A DNA stretch of 64,000 bases, taken from the IMG/VR virus record IMGVR_UViG_3300045988_157167, positions 1-64,000 of that record; one strand, given 5' to 3'. This document shows, piece by piece, positions 9,470-19,001 of the stretch. The translations under genes and the position numbers were made by a program. The notes beneath the pieces were generated by a model. The model made no database searches and was not told where the DNA came from. It saw only the letters and a program-made list of their open reading frames with translations. The DNA is from a virus. Position 1 is the stretch's first letter. Each line of letters starts with the position of its first letter.

Positions 9470-11464
9470 CTAATCCAACCACCTTTCATTAAAAATGATA
9501 GAACTTGTAATATCAGCATCACTTGAAATTTTTAAATTATATTCACCTGGAGGTATTTCAAAGAAGTTGCTGCCTATGTCGACATGTTCCATGTTTTTTA
9601 CATTATTTATATAAACTTCATTGTTAGCAAAATCTACTTTTAATGTATCGCCTTGCTTAAAAATAGTTGTATTAAATTCTTCATCTTCTCCATCTTCGTT
9701 TAATTTTTCTACAACTAATCTATTAAAAGTCATTGTATCAACAACTTTTTTATCTGCATATTTACCAAAGAAGATAACAAGATGATTTAAATCTCCAAGA
9801 GGAAACTTATCACTCTTCATTCTTTCACTTGGCAATGTTTTTATTATTTCTCCAGCCTCATTGTATTTTATTACTTCTGCATACCATTCATTATTTTCTC
9901 TTCTTATTGTAAAATGTCCTTTAAATTCGTTCCAGTTTCCTGTTTTACCACTTCTAGGTGTTTTTTTAGTAACAGTTAAACTATCATCAGACCCAGTTGT
10001 TGTAATTATCGGGTCGATTTTAGGTATACTAAATTCTGCATCTTTTAAAAACTCTACATTTCCAACTTGCACAAGTGGATAAGTAGCTTCAAAGTATTCG
10101 TTTTCATCACAAAGCATAACTTTAAAAAGTTTATTACCTTTTTGATCTAAGCCATAACATTCGACGATGCCCATTTTATCTTCTGCTGTATCAACTTCTT
10201 TGTCTGTTTCTATTTGAACTTTATCTCCTTCTATAATGTAATCTGTATAAACATATCCAGTTTGGCCTTTATAAGTTGCTTTAGTATATTTACCTTCTTT
10301 ACTCTTTGGATATACAACAATACAAGTGCCTTTTGGGATTGTAGCTAAAAGCTTTGATTTTTTACTTCCAGTAGCTCTTAAAGAAACTGATTGTTTTGTG
10401 TAATAATTTGCTGTTGTTACTGTAACTTTTTTCAAACCTGTTGAAATTTTTATCCAACCTGTTTGACTACTATAAGTAGTTTTTATCCAGCCGTTTACAA
10501 TCTCATCAGCAGTTAAATAAATACCTTTTTTTATACTTATCAAAGTTTTACTACTAGAAAGTCTTTTTTCTTTTAGTTTTACAGTGGTAGATGTTACTTT
10601 GTATTTAGTCTTTTCTGTTAAACTTGTAGAGCCAGATTCATTATATTCAAGTTTTCCTGTACTATCATGATAAAAATACATACTACATTCAAAATTCGTT
10701 ACATTTTCAGATAAGTTATATCTTAGTGCCGGTCCATGCCAATCGTCTCCACTACCATAATCAGCTGCCTGTATGCACCAACTAGAACCTCCATCGTTTG
10801 GTTGTATTGTTCCGCTTATTGACCTTTTGGCATCGACTTCTCCCGTTACTGATACAAATTTTTCTGTAGTTTCACAAGGCTCATCAACAATAGTAGAACT
10901 TTTTTCTTTTTTCTCATTAGTTAAGCGAGGATATTCACCAACAAGAATTGCTTTTTCGTTTTGGCCATCTATTTGACAATAAGTTGCTTCACCATTAAAA
11001 TCAACCTCGACTATTGCAGGAGTGCTTGTATTTCCCTCATTTACAACACTTAGAGTTTTTTGGCCATTAAAAAGTTTAGCATTTATATTGTGTGAAAAAG
11101 GAATAGGGCATATAAATGACATTTTTATTCTTCGCATACCTTTAGTGATTTTTTCTTTTGAAAATTTACCATCAGGAATTGCTAAATAAACTCTTTCATT
11201 ATCATCAATAACAAGTTTCTTTTCTTCAGAAACATCAAATATAGATGACAACGTATCAATAATATCTTTACAATCTTCCTCTGTATCTGCTTTTATATCA
11301 AAAGTAATTGTTATTTCTTTATAATCATATTTAGAATTTTGATAATATCGACCATTTTCAGATGGAGGATCTAAAAAGTTATTTACTCTTTCTGACATCA
11401 AAGTTGTATCTATTGAAATAACTTTGACAAACATTTCTAAATCAATGTCATTAAACTTAAACAC
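9470..11464 (-). CDS. distal tail protein (Dit) with inserted SH3b-like domains
   Basis: Lies immediately downstream of the TMP with a siphovirus tail-family N-terminus. The central part has two SH3b-like segments (...GIYLTADEIVNGWIKTTYSSQTGWIKIS; ...GTCIVVYPKSKEGKYTKATYKGQTGYVYTDYI). Confidence 0.75.
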   Translation of the reverse strand: MFKFNDIDLEMFVKVISIDTTLMSERVNNFLDPPSENGRYYQNSKYDYKEITITFDIKADTEEDCKDIIDTLSSIFDVSEEKKLVIDDNERVYLAIPDGKFSKEKITKGMRRIKMSFICPIPFSHNINAKLFNGQKTLSVVNEGNTSTPAIVEVDFNGEATYCQIDGQNEKAILVGEYPRLTNEKKEKSSTIVDEPCETTEKFVSVTGEVDAKRSISGTIQPNDGGSSWCIQAADYGSGDDWHGPALRYNLSENVTNFECSMYFYHDSTGKLEYNESGSTSLTEKTKYKVTSTTVKLKEKRLSSSKTLISIKKGIYLTADEIVNGWIKTTYSSQTGWIKISTGLKKVTVTTANYYTKQSVSLRATGSKKSKLLATIPKGTCIVVYPKSKEGKYTKATYKGQTGYVYTDYIIEGDKVQIETDKEVDTAEDKMGIVECYGLDQKGNKLFKVMLCDENEYFEATYPLVQVGNVEFLKDAEFSIPKIDPIITTTGSDDSLTVTKKTPRSGKTGNWNEFKGHFTIRRENNEWYAEVIKYNEAGEIIKTLPSERMKSDKFPLGDLNHLVIFFGKYADKKVVDTMTFNRLVVEKLNEDGEDEEFNTTIFKQGDTLKVDFANNEVYINNVKNMEHVDIGSNFFEIPPGEYNLKISSDADITSSIIFNERWLD

Positions 11465-14400
11465 TTGTTATTCCCTCCAATCTATTTAATCTTTTTTCAT
11501 CTCGTTTATTTTTTTCATCTATAGGTTTTGCAATTATATCTACAACTTTTACTTTATCCATATTAGCTTGGACTTGGATAGGTCTATCACTTATATCTCC
11601 TATAGTTTCTTTTAATGTTTCTCCTAGCGAATTAGCTATTTCTTTTACTGTGTTATTACTTACACTATTTACAATTTTAAGATTACTGTTACTACTAGCT
11701 TCTAATGAAAATTTAGTTGTTTCAGATTGAACAGCCATTTTCATTGCATTTTGCATTTCTGAAGTTACATCCCTAGCTACGGCATATACTTGTTCAGCTT
11801 TATTTTTCATACCAACAATTAAACCTTCGTCCATATATTCTCCATAATCAGTGGTAACTTTTGAAGGCGAATTTATTTTAGCAGTTTTTTTCATTTCTGC
11901 ATTAACTTGATTAACAAGACTTCTTGCTGCACTAACTGCTCTTGCTGTACCACTTTGAATGCCTTGAGTAACACCATTTGCTAATTGTTGACCAATTTCT
12001 CTTGATTGAGTTCTAGCAACATTTTTCATGCTTATCATTTGTCTTGTAAAGTTATTTCTTGCTTCTCTTGATTGAGTAGTTATAACTCTTTTCATTGATA
12101 TCATTTGATATGTAACAGCATTTCTAGCAAGTGTAATTTGTGTTCTAGATACATTTCTAATTGATATCATTTGAGATGTAAGTTTATTCCTAGCCTCTGA
12201 AACTTGAGTTGATATAACATTCTTCATGCTTATCATTTGTGATGTAACAACATTTCTAGCATTTGTAATTTGATTACGTATTATATTACTAATAGATAGA
12301 AATTGGTTTCTTACTATATTAGATACATTTAAGCATTGATTTCTAGCTACGTTTGATATACTTACAAATTGATTTCTTGCTATATTTGCACATCCAACTA
12401 AACTAGTTCTTAAATTATTTTGTAATGATGTAAATGCTTGAGAAATTGAATTTGAAACACTTTGTACTGTTGTCTGTAAAGCTGTTAATTGTGTTTGTAA
12501 TGCTTTTATTTCATCTGTGTTCATACTAGAAAGTTTAGAATTTATTTTGTTACTATTAGAATCTTTGCTAGTATTAAGAGGTTTTTCATTACCAGTCTTT
12601 TCATCAGCATAAGATTCCCCTGTAAACCAATTTACTAAACCTTGTATTATACCGGTACCACCTTTGCTAAAATCAGGTTTAGAACTAGTAATCCAACTTG
12701 TTATTGCTTGCCAAAGTTCTGATGCTCTACCAGTAAATCTGTCAGTTAAGTTTTCAATAAAACTATCAATAAAAATATCTGCAAAGCTACCAGTTAAAGA
12801 TTTTATTTGTTCACTTCCTTCTACCCAGGAATTCATTACTGATGCAACTGCTTCTAAAGCATCATGTATATTGTCTGAATTGTTTTTTATTCCATCTCTT
12901 AAAGCATCTAAAATAACTTTACCAGCTTCCTCAACTTCTGGAGCAACATCTTTAATAAATTGAGAAATTTGTTTAATAGCACTTGAAATACCTTCTCTTA
13001 TATCACCTTTACTTTTTATAATTCCTTGACAAATTTGATGTATAATTTCTTTACCGATAGCTAATACTCTGCTTAATCCACCTTTAGTTATAAAAGTATT
13101 AATTCCACTAAAAGCCTGTTGAATTGCTCCTGATATATCTGCATTTCTTATATATCCAAGCATATTGTCTAATGCTTTTTTGAAATTATCAAATGTATAT
13201 AAGACTTGGCCATCTTCTACAGTGCCTTCTTTATTTCCACTTCTCCAAACACTGAAAAACTCAGCTAATTTTTCAGAAGTAGATTGAATAGCTGGTTTTA
13301 AGAACTCAAATCCTTCTATAGCAACGTCTTGCAAAGCAGATGATAAAATTAATAATTTGTTTTTAGTTGTTTCATCCATAGCTTGCGCCATTTTTTCAGA
13401 TAATCCAGTTACTAAATTTAAATTATCACAATATAATTTGAATTGTTCATCAGATAAACCACATATTTCATTTATTTCATCTAAAGAATCAGATAAACCT
13501 AAATTTGTTAAAATTTGTTCTCTAGTCGCTTGATCCATGTTGCCAAATTTTTCTCTTAACTGAGTTAAATTTGCTATTAAGTCTATTTGGCCGGTAGATG
13601 CGCTTTTAGCAGACATTCCATATTCTTTTAATACTTTATTAGCTTCCTTAAGTGACATATCTGGATTTAACTTATCAATTATTTCTTGTTTAGAAACAAC
13701 ATCTTTTAACCCTTTAGCACTATCTACTATTCCTTTTGTATTTTCATTAATCATGTCACAAGTAGCACTATAGTCAAAAGCATCATCATTAATTTCTTTA
13801 TAAGTTAATCCAAGTTCTTTAAATTGCTTTTTCTGAGAATTTGTAGGATTTCTCATTGCATCTAATACACCGAATAAATCTTCAACATTTTTCGATGTTA
13901 CTTTTGCATCAGAACCTAAAACTTGTAATGCTAAAGCCATATCTTGTGTAGTCATGTTGAATGCAGCACCTAAATATTCTGTTTGACTTAAAACTTCTTT
14001 TAAGTTATCTATTCTTTTACTACATTCTTCTCCAGTAACTCCTGCTTCTCCTAAATTTTGATTCCAATAAGAAACTGTTTGAGTAGAGTTTTGTACACTA
14101 TCAGTTAAACTATCATATGCATCATCTGTAGCATTAACAATTGATAGTAAACCTGTCATACCCGTTTTCCCAGCTAAATCTTTACATGCAGCTGCTTGCT
14201 CAACTAAAGGTAATGATTTTAAACTACTTCTTAAATTTCTTAATGTTTTATCTAAGTCAACTGAACCATCTTTCGCAGTAATAAGTTCTATTCCGTATTT
14301 TTCCATGGCCTTTGCTACAGTATCGGTAGGTGCACTTAAATTTGCCAATAGTGTTCTCATTGCAGTACCTGCACGACTTCCCTTTACTGATGAATTCGCC

Positions 14401-14687
14401 ATAAGGCCGATAGCTACGGATAAATCATCCATAGAAACGCCCAATGTCCCAGCTACTGAACCCGCATATTTCATTGTTTCTCCCATCATTTCAACATCTG
14501 TATTACTACGAGTAATAGTTGCTGCCATATAGTCAACAAAGTTTGATGCTTGAGATGCGGACATATTCATTGCTGTAAGACCATCAGTGACGATATCACT
14601 AGCTGTGCCAAGCTGAGTGGCCCCAATTGTAGTTAAGTTTAAAACATCTTTAATTGATGCGAGTGACTCTTGAAGTGAAAATCCAGC
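11457..14687 (-). CDS. tail tape measure protein, exon 2 (1076 aa)
   Basis: Begins AGFSLQESLASIKDVLNLTTIGATQLGTASDIVTDGL, continuing the conserved TMP core from exon 1. The 15 codons upstream (MEIIHKVYQSFTYRY) fall inside intron domain VI. Confidence 0.85.
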   Translation of the reverse strand, partial: AGFSLQESLASIKDVLNLTTIGATQLGTASDIVTDGLTAMNMSASQASNFVDYMAATITRSNTDVEMMGETMKYAGSVAGTLGVSMDDLSVAIGLMANSSVKGSRAGTAMRTLLANLSAPTDTVAKAMEKYGIELITAKDGSVDLDKTLRNLRSSLKSLPLVEQAAACKDLAGKTGMTGLLSIVNATDDAYDSLTDSVQNSTQTVSYWNQNLGEAGVTGEECSKRIDNLKEVLSQTEYLGAAFNMTTQDMALALQVLGSDAKVTSKNVEDLFGVLDAMRNPTNSQKKQFKELGLTYKEINDDAFDYSATCDMINENTKGIVDSAKGLKDVVSKQEIIDKLNPDMSLKEANKVLKEYGMSAKSASTGQIDLIANLTQLREKFGNMDQATREQILTNLGLSDSLDEINEICGLSDEQFKLYCDNLNLVTGLSEKMAQAMDETTKNKLLILSSALQDVAIEGFEFLKPAIQSTSEKLAEFFSVWRSGNKEGTVEDGQVLYTFDNFKKALDNMLGYIRNADISGAIQQAFSGINTFITKGGLSRVLAIGKEIIHQICQGIIKSKGDIREGISSAIKQISQFIKDVAPEVEEAGKVILDALRDGIKNNSDNIHDALEAVASVMNSWVEGSEQIKSLTGSFADIFIDSFIENLTDRFTGRASELWQAITSWITSSKPDFSKGGTGIIQGLVNWFTGESYADEKTGNEKPLNTSKDSNSNKINSKLSSMNTDEIKALQTQLTALQTTVQSVSNSISQAFTSLQNNLRTSLVGCANIARNQFVSISNVARNQCLNVSNIVRNQFLSISNIIRNQITNARNVVTSQMISMKNVISTQVSEARNKLTSQMISIRNVSRTQITLARNAVTYQMISMKRVITTQSREARNNFTRQMISMKNVARTQSREIGQQLANGVTQGIQSGTARAVSAARSLVNQVNAEMKKTAKINSPSKVTTDYGEYMDEGLIVGMKNKAEQVYAVARDVTSEMQNAMKMAVQSETTKFSLEASSNSNLKIVNSVSNNTVKEIANSLGETLKETIGDISDRPIQVQANMDKVKVVDIIAKPIDEKNKRDEKRLNRLEGITSV

Positions 14688-15368
14688 ATACCGATAGGTA
14701 AAACTTTGATATACTTTATGTATAATCTCCATCTTTTCCCCCGGTCCAAACCGTACGTGCGACTTTCATCGCATACGGCTTTCCATCGTAAAATTTTACG
14801 ACTAGAGGCCTTCGCTCCTAATAGTTTTATCCTCCTTTATACATTACTGTATATAGTAACTATCGGCTATTAATCAACACTACTATGCTTCCTCTGACTT
14901 CTTCTATTTTCAACGATATAGCAATCTCCAATAGAAGATCTCCTAAGTTCCAATAAGATTATCCCTTTTTTTACTTCGACTTAGGTTTCCTCTGTATGTT
15001 ATAAGCTATATATAACTGACTACTTTAATCATCATATATTTAGTAAAACTTTAAATGTAAACAAAGTACGAATGTTTACATTAACTTATAACACTTCAAA
15101 CAAGGATTCGTCTCCTAACCATATCAAAGTTTTTAAAGATGACCACTCCATATAGTTATTTATATAACATCAGGCTTTGTCCTTACCGTACTTTATACAA
15201 TTCGAGTGCTATCTCTTATGCATAACGGGGTATCATCAATATCACTTTAAAGTAGTTGTGATAGAAAGAAATTTCATCTTTCAATTCATCTTATTAGTTA
15301 AAGTTATAAATAACCTCTCAGCTTTTGTTCTCTATCTCAGAGCTTTTATATGCTGAAACTTAGCGTAC
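14688..15368 (-). mobile_element. ORF-less group II intron (681 nt) in the tape measure gene
   Basis: The minus strand starts GUACG and ends ...CGGUAU. Domain V AAGCCGUAUGCGAUGAAAGUCGCACGUACGGUUU lies at 14748-14781, followed by a DVI-like helix with a bulged A. There is no ORF, and the exons join in frame. Confidence 0.85.
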
Positions 15369-15926
15369 CATACCCATGTATTGGAAAGCTTCACTTACCT
15401 CTGTACTGGTGTACCTAGTGGTTGCTCCGTATTGCCTAGTTGTTTCTGTTAAGACTTCAATATCTTTTCCAGTAACACCCATAATTGCTGATACACGAGC
15501 CATTGAACTTTCAAATTCAATAGCATCTGCCATTAAGGAACTGAAATCAAAATTAAAATCTGTAACTTGACTAAAACAATCTAAAATAGTATTTGTTGCA
15601 TTCTGAACTATATCTACAACAGGCTGTAATTTTTCAGATATATTTTGCAAGTTTTCAAAGAAATTCTGTTTACTAGCATCATATAGTTTTGAAAAAGCAG
15701 TTATCATTGTAGTTACTGCTGCAACAACTCCAGCCGCAACTGGTCCAACAATTCCACTTAAAGCTTTAAAGGTATTTGAAAATGTTCCAACAATAGAACT
15801 CATTTCTCCAAATACTTTGCCAACACCACCTAAATCAGCAAAGGCATTTTTAAGTTCATTTAACTGACCTTCAACTTGGTCAGATTTTAATTCAACTTCT
15901 ATAACAACTTTTCCATCTGCTGCCAT
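15369..15926 (-). CDS. tail tape measure protein, exon 1 (186 aa)
   Basis: Ends ...FESSMARVSAIMGVTGKDIEVLTETTRQYGATTRYTSTEVSEAFQYMGM. The track ORF continues VR-stop into the intron. Confidence 0.85.
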
Positions 15927-15947
15927 ACTCTCACCTCCTTTTTAGGC

Positions 15948-15973
15948 ATAAAAAAAGAACACCGAAGTGTTCT
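15948..15973 (-). terminator. intrinsic terminator directly upstream of the TMP start
   Basis: The minus strand reads AGAACAC-UUCG-GUGUUCU followed by UUUUUUUAUG. It sits between the stop of the 168-aa gene and the TMP ATG. Confidence 0.7.
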
Positions 15974-15982
15974 ACAAATTAA

Positions 15983-16489
15983 TTAATCTATTAAATCATA
16001 ATAAGATTCAGACTTTTTAAGATAAGTATTATATTCATCTAAACAATGGCGATAACTTGTATCAAATTTATCTACTCTTTTACTTTGAAAATAAACATAA
16101 TCGTTATATGCTTTCATAGATTTATTTAAATAATCAAAAGTTATAGCAAAATTATTTTGTTCATCTTTATAACTTTCTTTTAGATTAAGATTTCTTATTT
16201 CATTACTTAATCCTTTTGTATTATTAAATATTTTTTTTGATATCTTCCCGCTTATACCACTGTTTATTAACTCTATACTATCATCATAAAGTTTATGATA
16301 TTTTGAAAAAAGTTTTAATGTTTCACTATCACTTAATACTTGATTTTCTTCAATATTAGAATTTTCTATAGCAACACTACTTTTTTTATTAGTTATTGCA
16401 CTAATTGCAGCAATTATTATAGCAATACTTAAAAAAGCTATTATTACAATAAAAATGTTTTTCATATTGGACCCCGAGTTTCTTCTCAT
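15983..16489 (-). CDS. membrane-anchored protein of unknown function (moron-like insert)
   Basis: N-terminal TM helix (IFIVIIAFLSIAIIIAAISAI), strong GGGGGGAG RBS, an upstream TATAAT-like box and its own terminator. It is inserted between the chaperone genes and the TMP. Confidence 0.6.
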   Translation of the reverse strand: MRRNSGSNMKNIFIVIIAFLSIAIIIAAISAITNKKSSVAIENSNIEENQVLSDSETLKLFSKYHKLYDDSIELINSGISGKISKKIFNNTKGLSNEIRNLNLKESYKDEQNNFAITFDYLNKSMKAYNDYVYFQSKRVDKFDTSYRHCLDEYNTYLKKSESYYDLID

Positions 16490-16531
16490 GCTATACTCCC
16501 CCCTATAATAATATTATAGTACAAAACATAA

Positions 16532-17176
16532 CTATTGTCTTAATAATTCTCCAGGATCTTCACCTTTCAACAGCATTTCTGTTATTAATGCTTGTTTTTC
16601 CTTTTCCTCTAATGACTGAGGTAAAGCATAAAGTTTTTTCATTTTTCTATAGAAATTCTTTTGTTGTTTATCTTGTATCTCAGATAAATCAATACTTCTA
16701 TATTCTAATATTTTTATGAATTTACAATCACTTGATAAAGAATTAAATAATGCTTTAAATTTCCACCAGTGTAATCCTTCAATATCTTGTAAATCAATGT
16801 GATAATCATGCATAAATGCACTATAAATGTAAAAATCATCATGTTCAAAGCTATAGATAATTTCATTTTTACTAGAGTTTTCGCTCTTTTCTGAATCTTC
16901 GTTAGTACTAATAATTTCTTTCCCACACTTATAAAATAATAACATTTCTTCAACAAATTGATTAATATTATTATTATTAATATATTTAATTGTATCTATT
17001 TCATAACCATAATATAGTTGTAGAGCCTCATCTGATTTTTCTTTTTCACTAATATTATTATTTAACATTAACTGTTCAAATAAAATAGAAGTGCGAAAAT
17101 CCCAGTTAATTGGATATCGCACTCCTTCTATTTCAACTTCAATAGGTAAAAAATCGGTTAAAATACTTATACTCAT
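16532..17176 (-). CDS. Gp15-like tail assembly protein
   Basis: The N-terminus MSISILTDFLPIEVEIEGVRYPINWDFRTSILFEQLM resembles the phage Gp15 family. Position is between the major tail and TMP genes. Confidence 0.6.
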   Translation of the reverse strand: MSISILTDFLPIEVEIEGVRYPINWDFRTSILFEQLMLNNNISEKEKSDEALQLYYGYEIDTIKYINNNNINQFVEEMLLFYKCGKEIISTNEDSEKSENSSKNEIIYSFEHDDFYIYSAFMHDYHIDLQDIEGLHWWKFKALFNSLSSDCKFIKILEYRSIDLSEIQDKQQKNFYRKMKKLYALPQSLEEKEKQALITEMLLKGEDPGELLRQ

Positions 17177-17604
17177 TAGTTATATTTTTTCTTATTTCTT
17201 TCAATAGCTCTACGTTGTTGCCTATTAAGAGAAATTTCTTCCTCTCCGAATACTTCTTCAGAAATAGTAGTAACAGATTTTAATTCTGTTGCAAATGCTT
17301 TATCTTGTTCTAATTTAGCTTTTGTTAATTCTTTTATAGCTGTAGTACATTTCATTAAATTGCATTTACCTGAAAAAATATCGTAAGTTTTTTCCTCACC
17401 GAACAATTCTTCAAACAAGCTAATTATGCTTTCACAATATTTTCTAGAGCTTTCAATAGAGAAATCTTTATCATCTTTAGCTACTTCTGATATTTTCTTG
17501 TTTGTTTCTGAAAAAACTGATTCAAAAAATTCTTTTTCATCTAAATCTAAAAAATCAAATTCTAATTCTACACCTAATATATTAAATTTTGTATAATCAT
17601 TCAT
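17176..17604 (-). CDS. tail assembly chaperone
   Basis: Acidic 142-aa ORF directly after the major tail gene; its stop overlaps the next start (TAATG). Confidence 0.55.
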   Translation of the reverse strand: MNDYTKFNILGVELEFDFLDLDEKEFFESVFSETNKKISEVAKDDKDFSIESSRKYCESIISLFEELFGEEKTYDIFSGKCNLMKCTTAIKELTKAKLEQDKAFATELKSVTTISEEVFGEEEISLNRQQRRAIERNKKKYN

Positions 17605-17625
17605 ATTTTAACCTCCCTAATTTTT

Positions 17626-18159
17626 TTAGTTAGTTACACTTTGATTTTTGTTGGTATCACTTTGAGTTGCTGCTTGAGTTGCTGTAAAAGTTTTTGTTGT
17701 AACATTGAAAGTTCCTTGAATAGGATCTCCTATAGCATGTAAAACTCCTTCAACTTTCATCTTTTCTCCACCTTCACCAGAGAATTTTGAAACTTCATTT
17801 GCAACTCTAAACTTTCTTGCTTGATAAGTTCCTTCGCTTCCTGATACAGGATCAAACATATCTACACGAACATAATCTCTTTCTGCATCTGTCCCAGTTT
17901 CATGATTTCTACCAGTTAAATATAAACTTTTTATTGCTTCTTGTTCCATTATAATTTCAGAAGTATAAGGAAATTGTGTTTCGTATTTTGTTACTGTTGT
18001 AGATGATGTTTCATCATTTATGTAACAAGTTGTATCAGTTTGTGCACCTGGTTCTTCGTCTAAACTTTCAACTCCATAACCAAGTAAAGCATATGATGCA
18101 TCAGTATCTTTTGCTGCAGTATTAAGATAATCTGCAAAATCTTTTCTTTTTAATGCCAT
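17626..18159 (-). CDS. major tail protein
   Basis: 177 aa. Synteny places it after the head-tail connector genes and before the chaperones. Strong RBS. Confidence 0.7.
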   Translation of the reverse strand: MALKRKDFADYLNTAAKDTDASYALLGYGVESLDEEPGAQTDTTCYINDETSSTTVTKYETQFPYTSEIIMEQEAIKSLYLTGRNHETGTDAERDYVRVDMFDPVSGSEGTYQARKFRVANEVSKFSGEGGEKMKVEGVLHAIGDPIQGTFNVTTKTFTATQAATQSDTNKNQSVTN

Positions 18160-18171
18160 AATTTCAACCTC

Positions 18172-18621
18172 CTATTCAGCTATTTTAGTGTACACTAATT
18201 TCATTTGAATAACATAAATTGCTTTATTTGCGCTCATTTGTTCAACATAGCCATGAGTTAATACTTTTATTTGTTCAGCTATTAAAGGATAACTTAACTC
18301 AGGTAAAACACCTTCATTATTTTGAGTTTCTACCCATTCGGCTAATTTTTCATAAAAAGTAATATTTTTCTCATTGTTATATGCTTCAACACTTTCTCTG
18401 CTAGTAAAATCAAAAATTAATTGCCTTTCAGTAGAACCATCAACATAAGTTTTTAAAATGGTTTCTGAAGGCGAACCATCTACTGAGTAAGTGCCTATTT
18501 CATCACCTATGTAATCAGCAGAAATAGGAGATTTATCGTCTATTAGAGGGCATTTTAAGAAAAATTCTATTATTTTATCTGTAATAGTTCTATTTTCTAT
18601 TTCATTTAAATTAAGTGTCAT
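18172..18621 (-). CDS. tail completion / head-tail joining protein
   Basis: Called from synteny in the head-tail connector block, with translational coupling to its neighbours. Confidence 0.5.
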   Translation of the reverse strand: MTLNLNEIENRTITDKIIEFFLKCPLIDDKSPISADYIGDEIGTYSVDGSPSETILKTYVDGSTERQLIFDFTSRESVEAYNNEKNITFYEKLAEWVETQNNEGVLPELSYPLIAEQIKVLTHGYVEQMSANKAIYVIQMKLVYTKIAE

Positions 18622-19001
18622 TTACTTGCTTTCCCTCCTATTGTATTTGCAATTTCATTTACTATTGCATCTCCTTCATTAACCCACATACGATTTATCC
18701 ATTGTTTACCTCTTTTACCACCACGGTTTAAACCTTCTCTACCCATACCTCTGTTAGTATAGTAGTTAATAGCAGCATATGACTTTGTACCCCCATGATA
18801 ACTAGCATATACAATACTTTTTTTGTTTTCTTGAGCGGTGTTTTTTAAGTCTCCTGATAAATAAGGTACGTATGGGTCAGCTTTTGTTCTTACTAGGTTT
18901 ACGAGTTGTTTTTGCGCTCTATTTAATTTACTTTGATTTACAATTTTGTCATAGTCTATATTAACAGTAACTTTTGCTTTTAAAGTTGCCATTTTACTCA
19001 C
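18618..19001 (-). CDS. head-tail joining protein (minor capsid-like)
   Basis: Called from synteny. 127-aa basic protein; start and stop overlap the neighbouring genes. Confidence 0.5.
   Translation of the reverse strand: MSKMATLKAKVTVNIDYDKIVNQSKLNRAQKQLVNLVRTKADPYVPYLSGDLKNTAQENKKSIVYASYHGGTKSYAAINYYTNRGMGREGLNRGGKRGKQWINRMWVNEGDAIVNEIANTIGGKASK

Noticed and set aside
14688-14732. The first 15 codons (MEIIHKVYQSFTYRY) of the 1091-aa ORF, and the VR-stop tail of the 188-aa ORF, treated as real protein termini of two separate genes.
   Set aside because: These codons fall inside intron domain VI and the intron 5' end. The flanking residues join to form a continuous conserved TMP motif, so a single spliced gene explains the data better.
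14688-15368. The TMP-interrupting element interpreted as a group I intron or an intein.
   Set aside because: There is no in-frame coding, so an intein is excluded. The canonical 34-nt domain V with AGC triad and GAAA loop, the GUACG...AU termini and the bulged-A helix all point to group II rather than group I.
17150-17200. Programmed -1 frameshift fusing the two tail chaperone ORFs at the A-rich run AAGAAAAAATAT.
   Set aside because: A slip into the -1 frame meets a TAA stop within two codons of the A-run. The two ORFs are simply coupled by a TAATG overlap.
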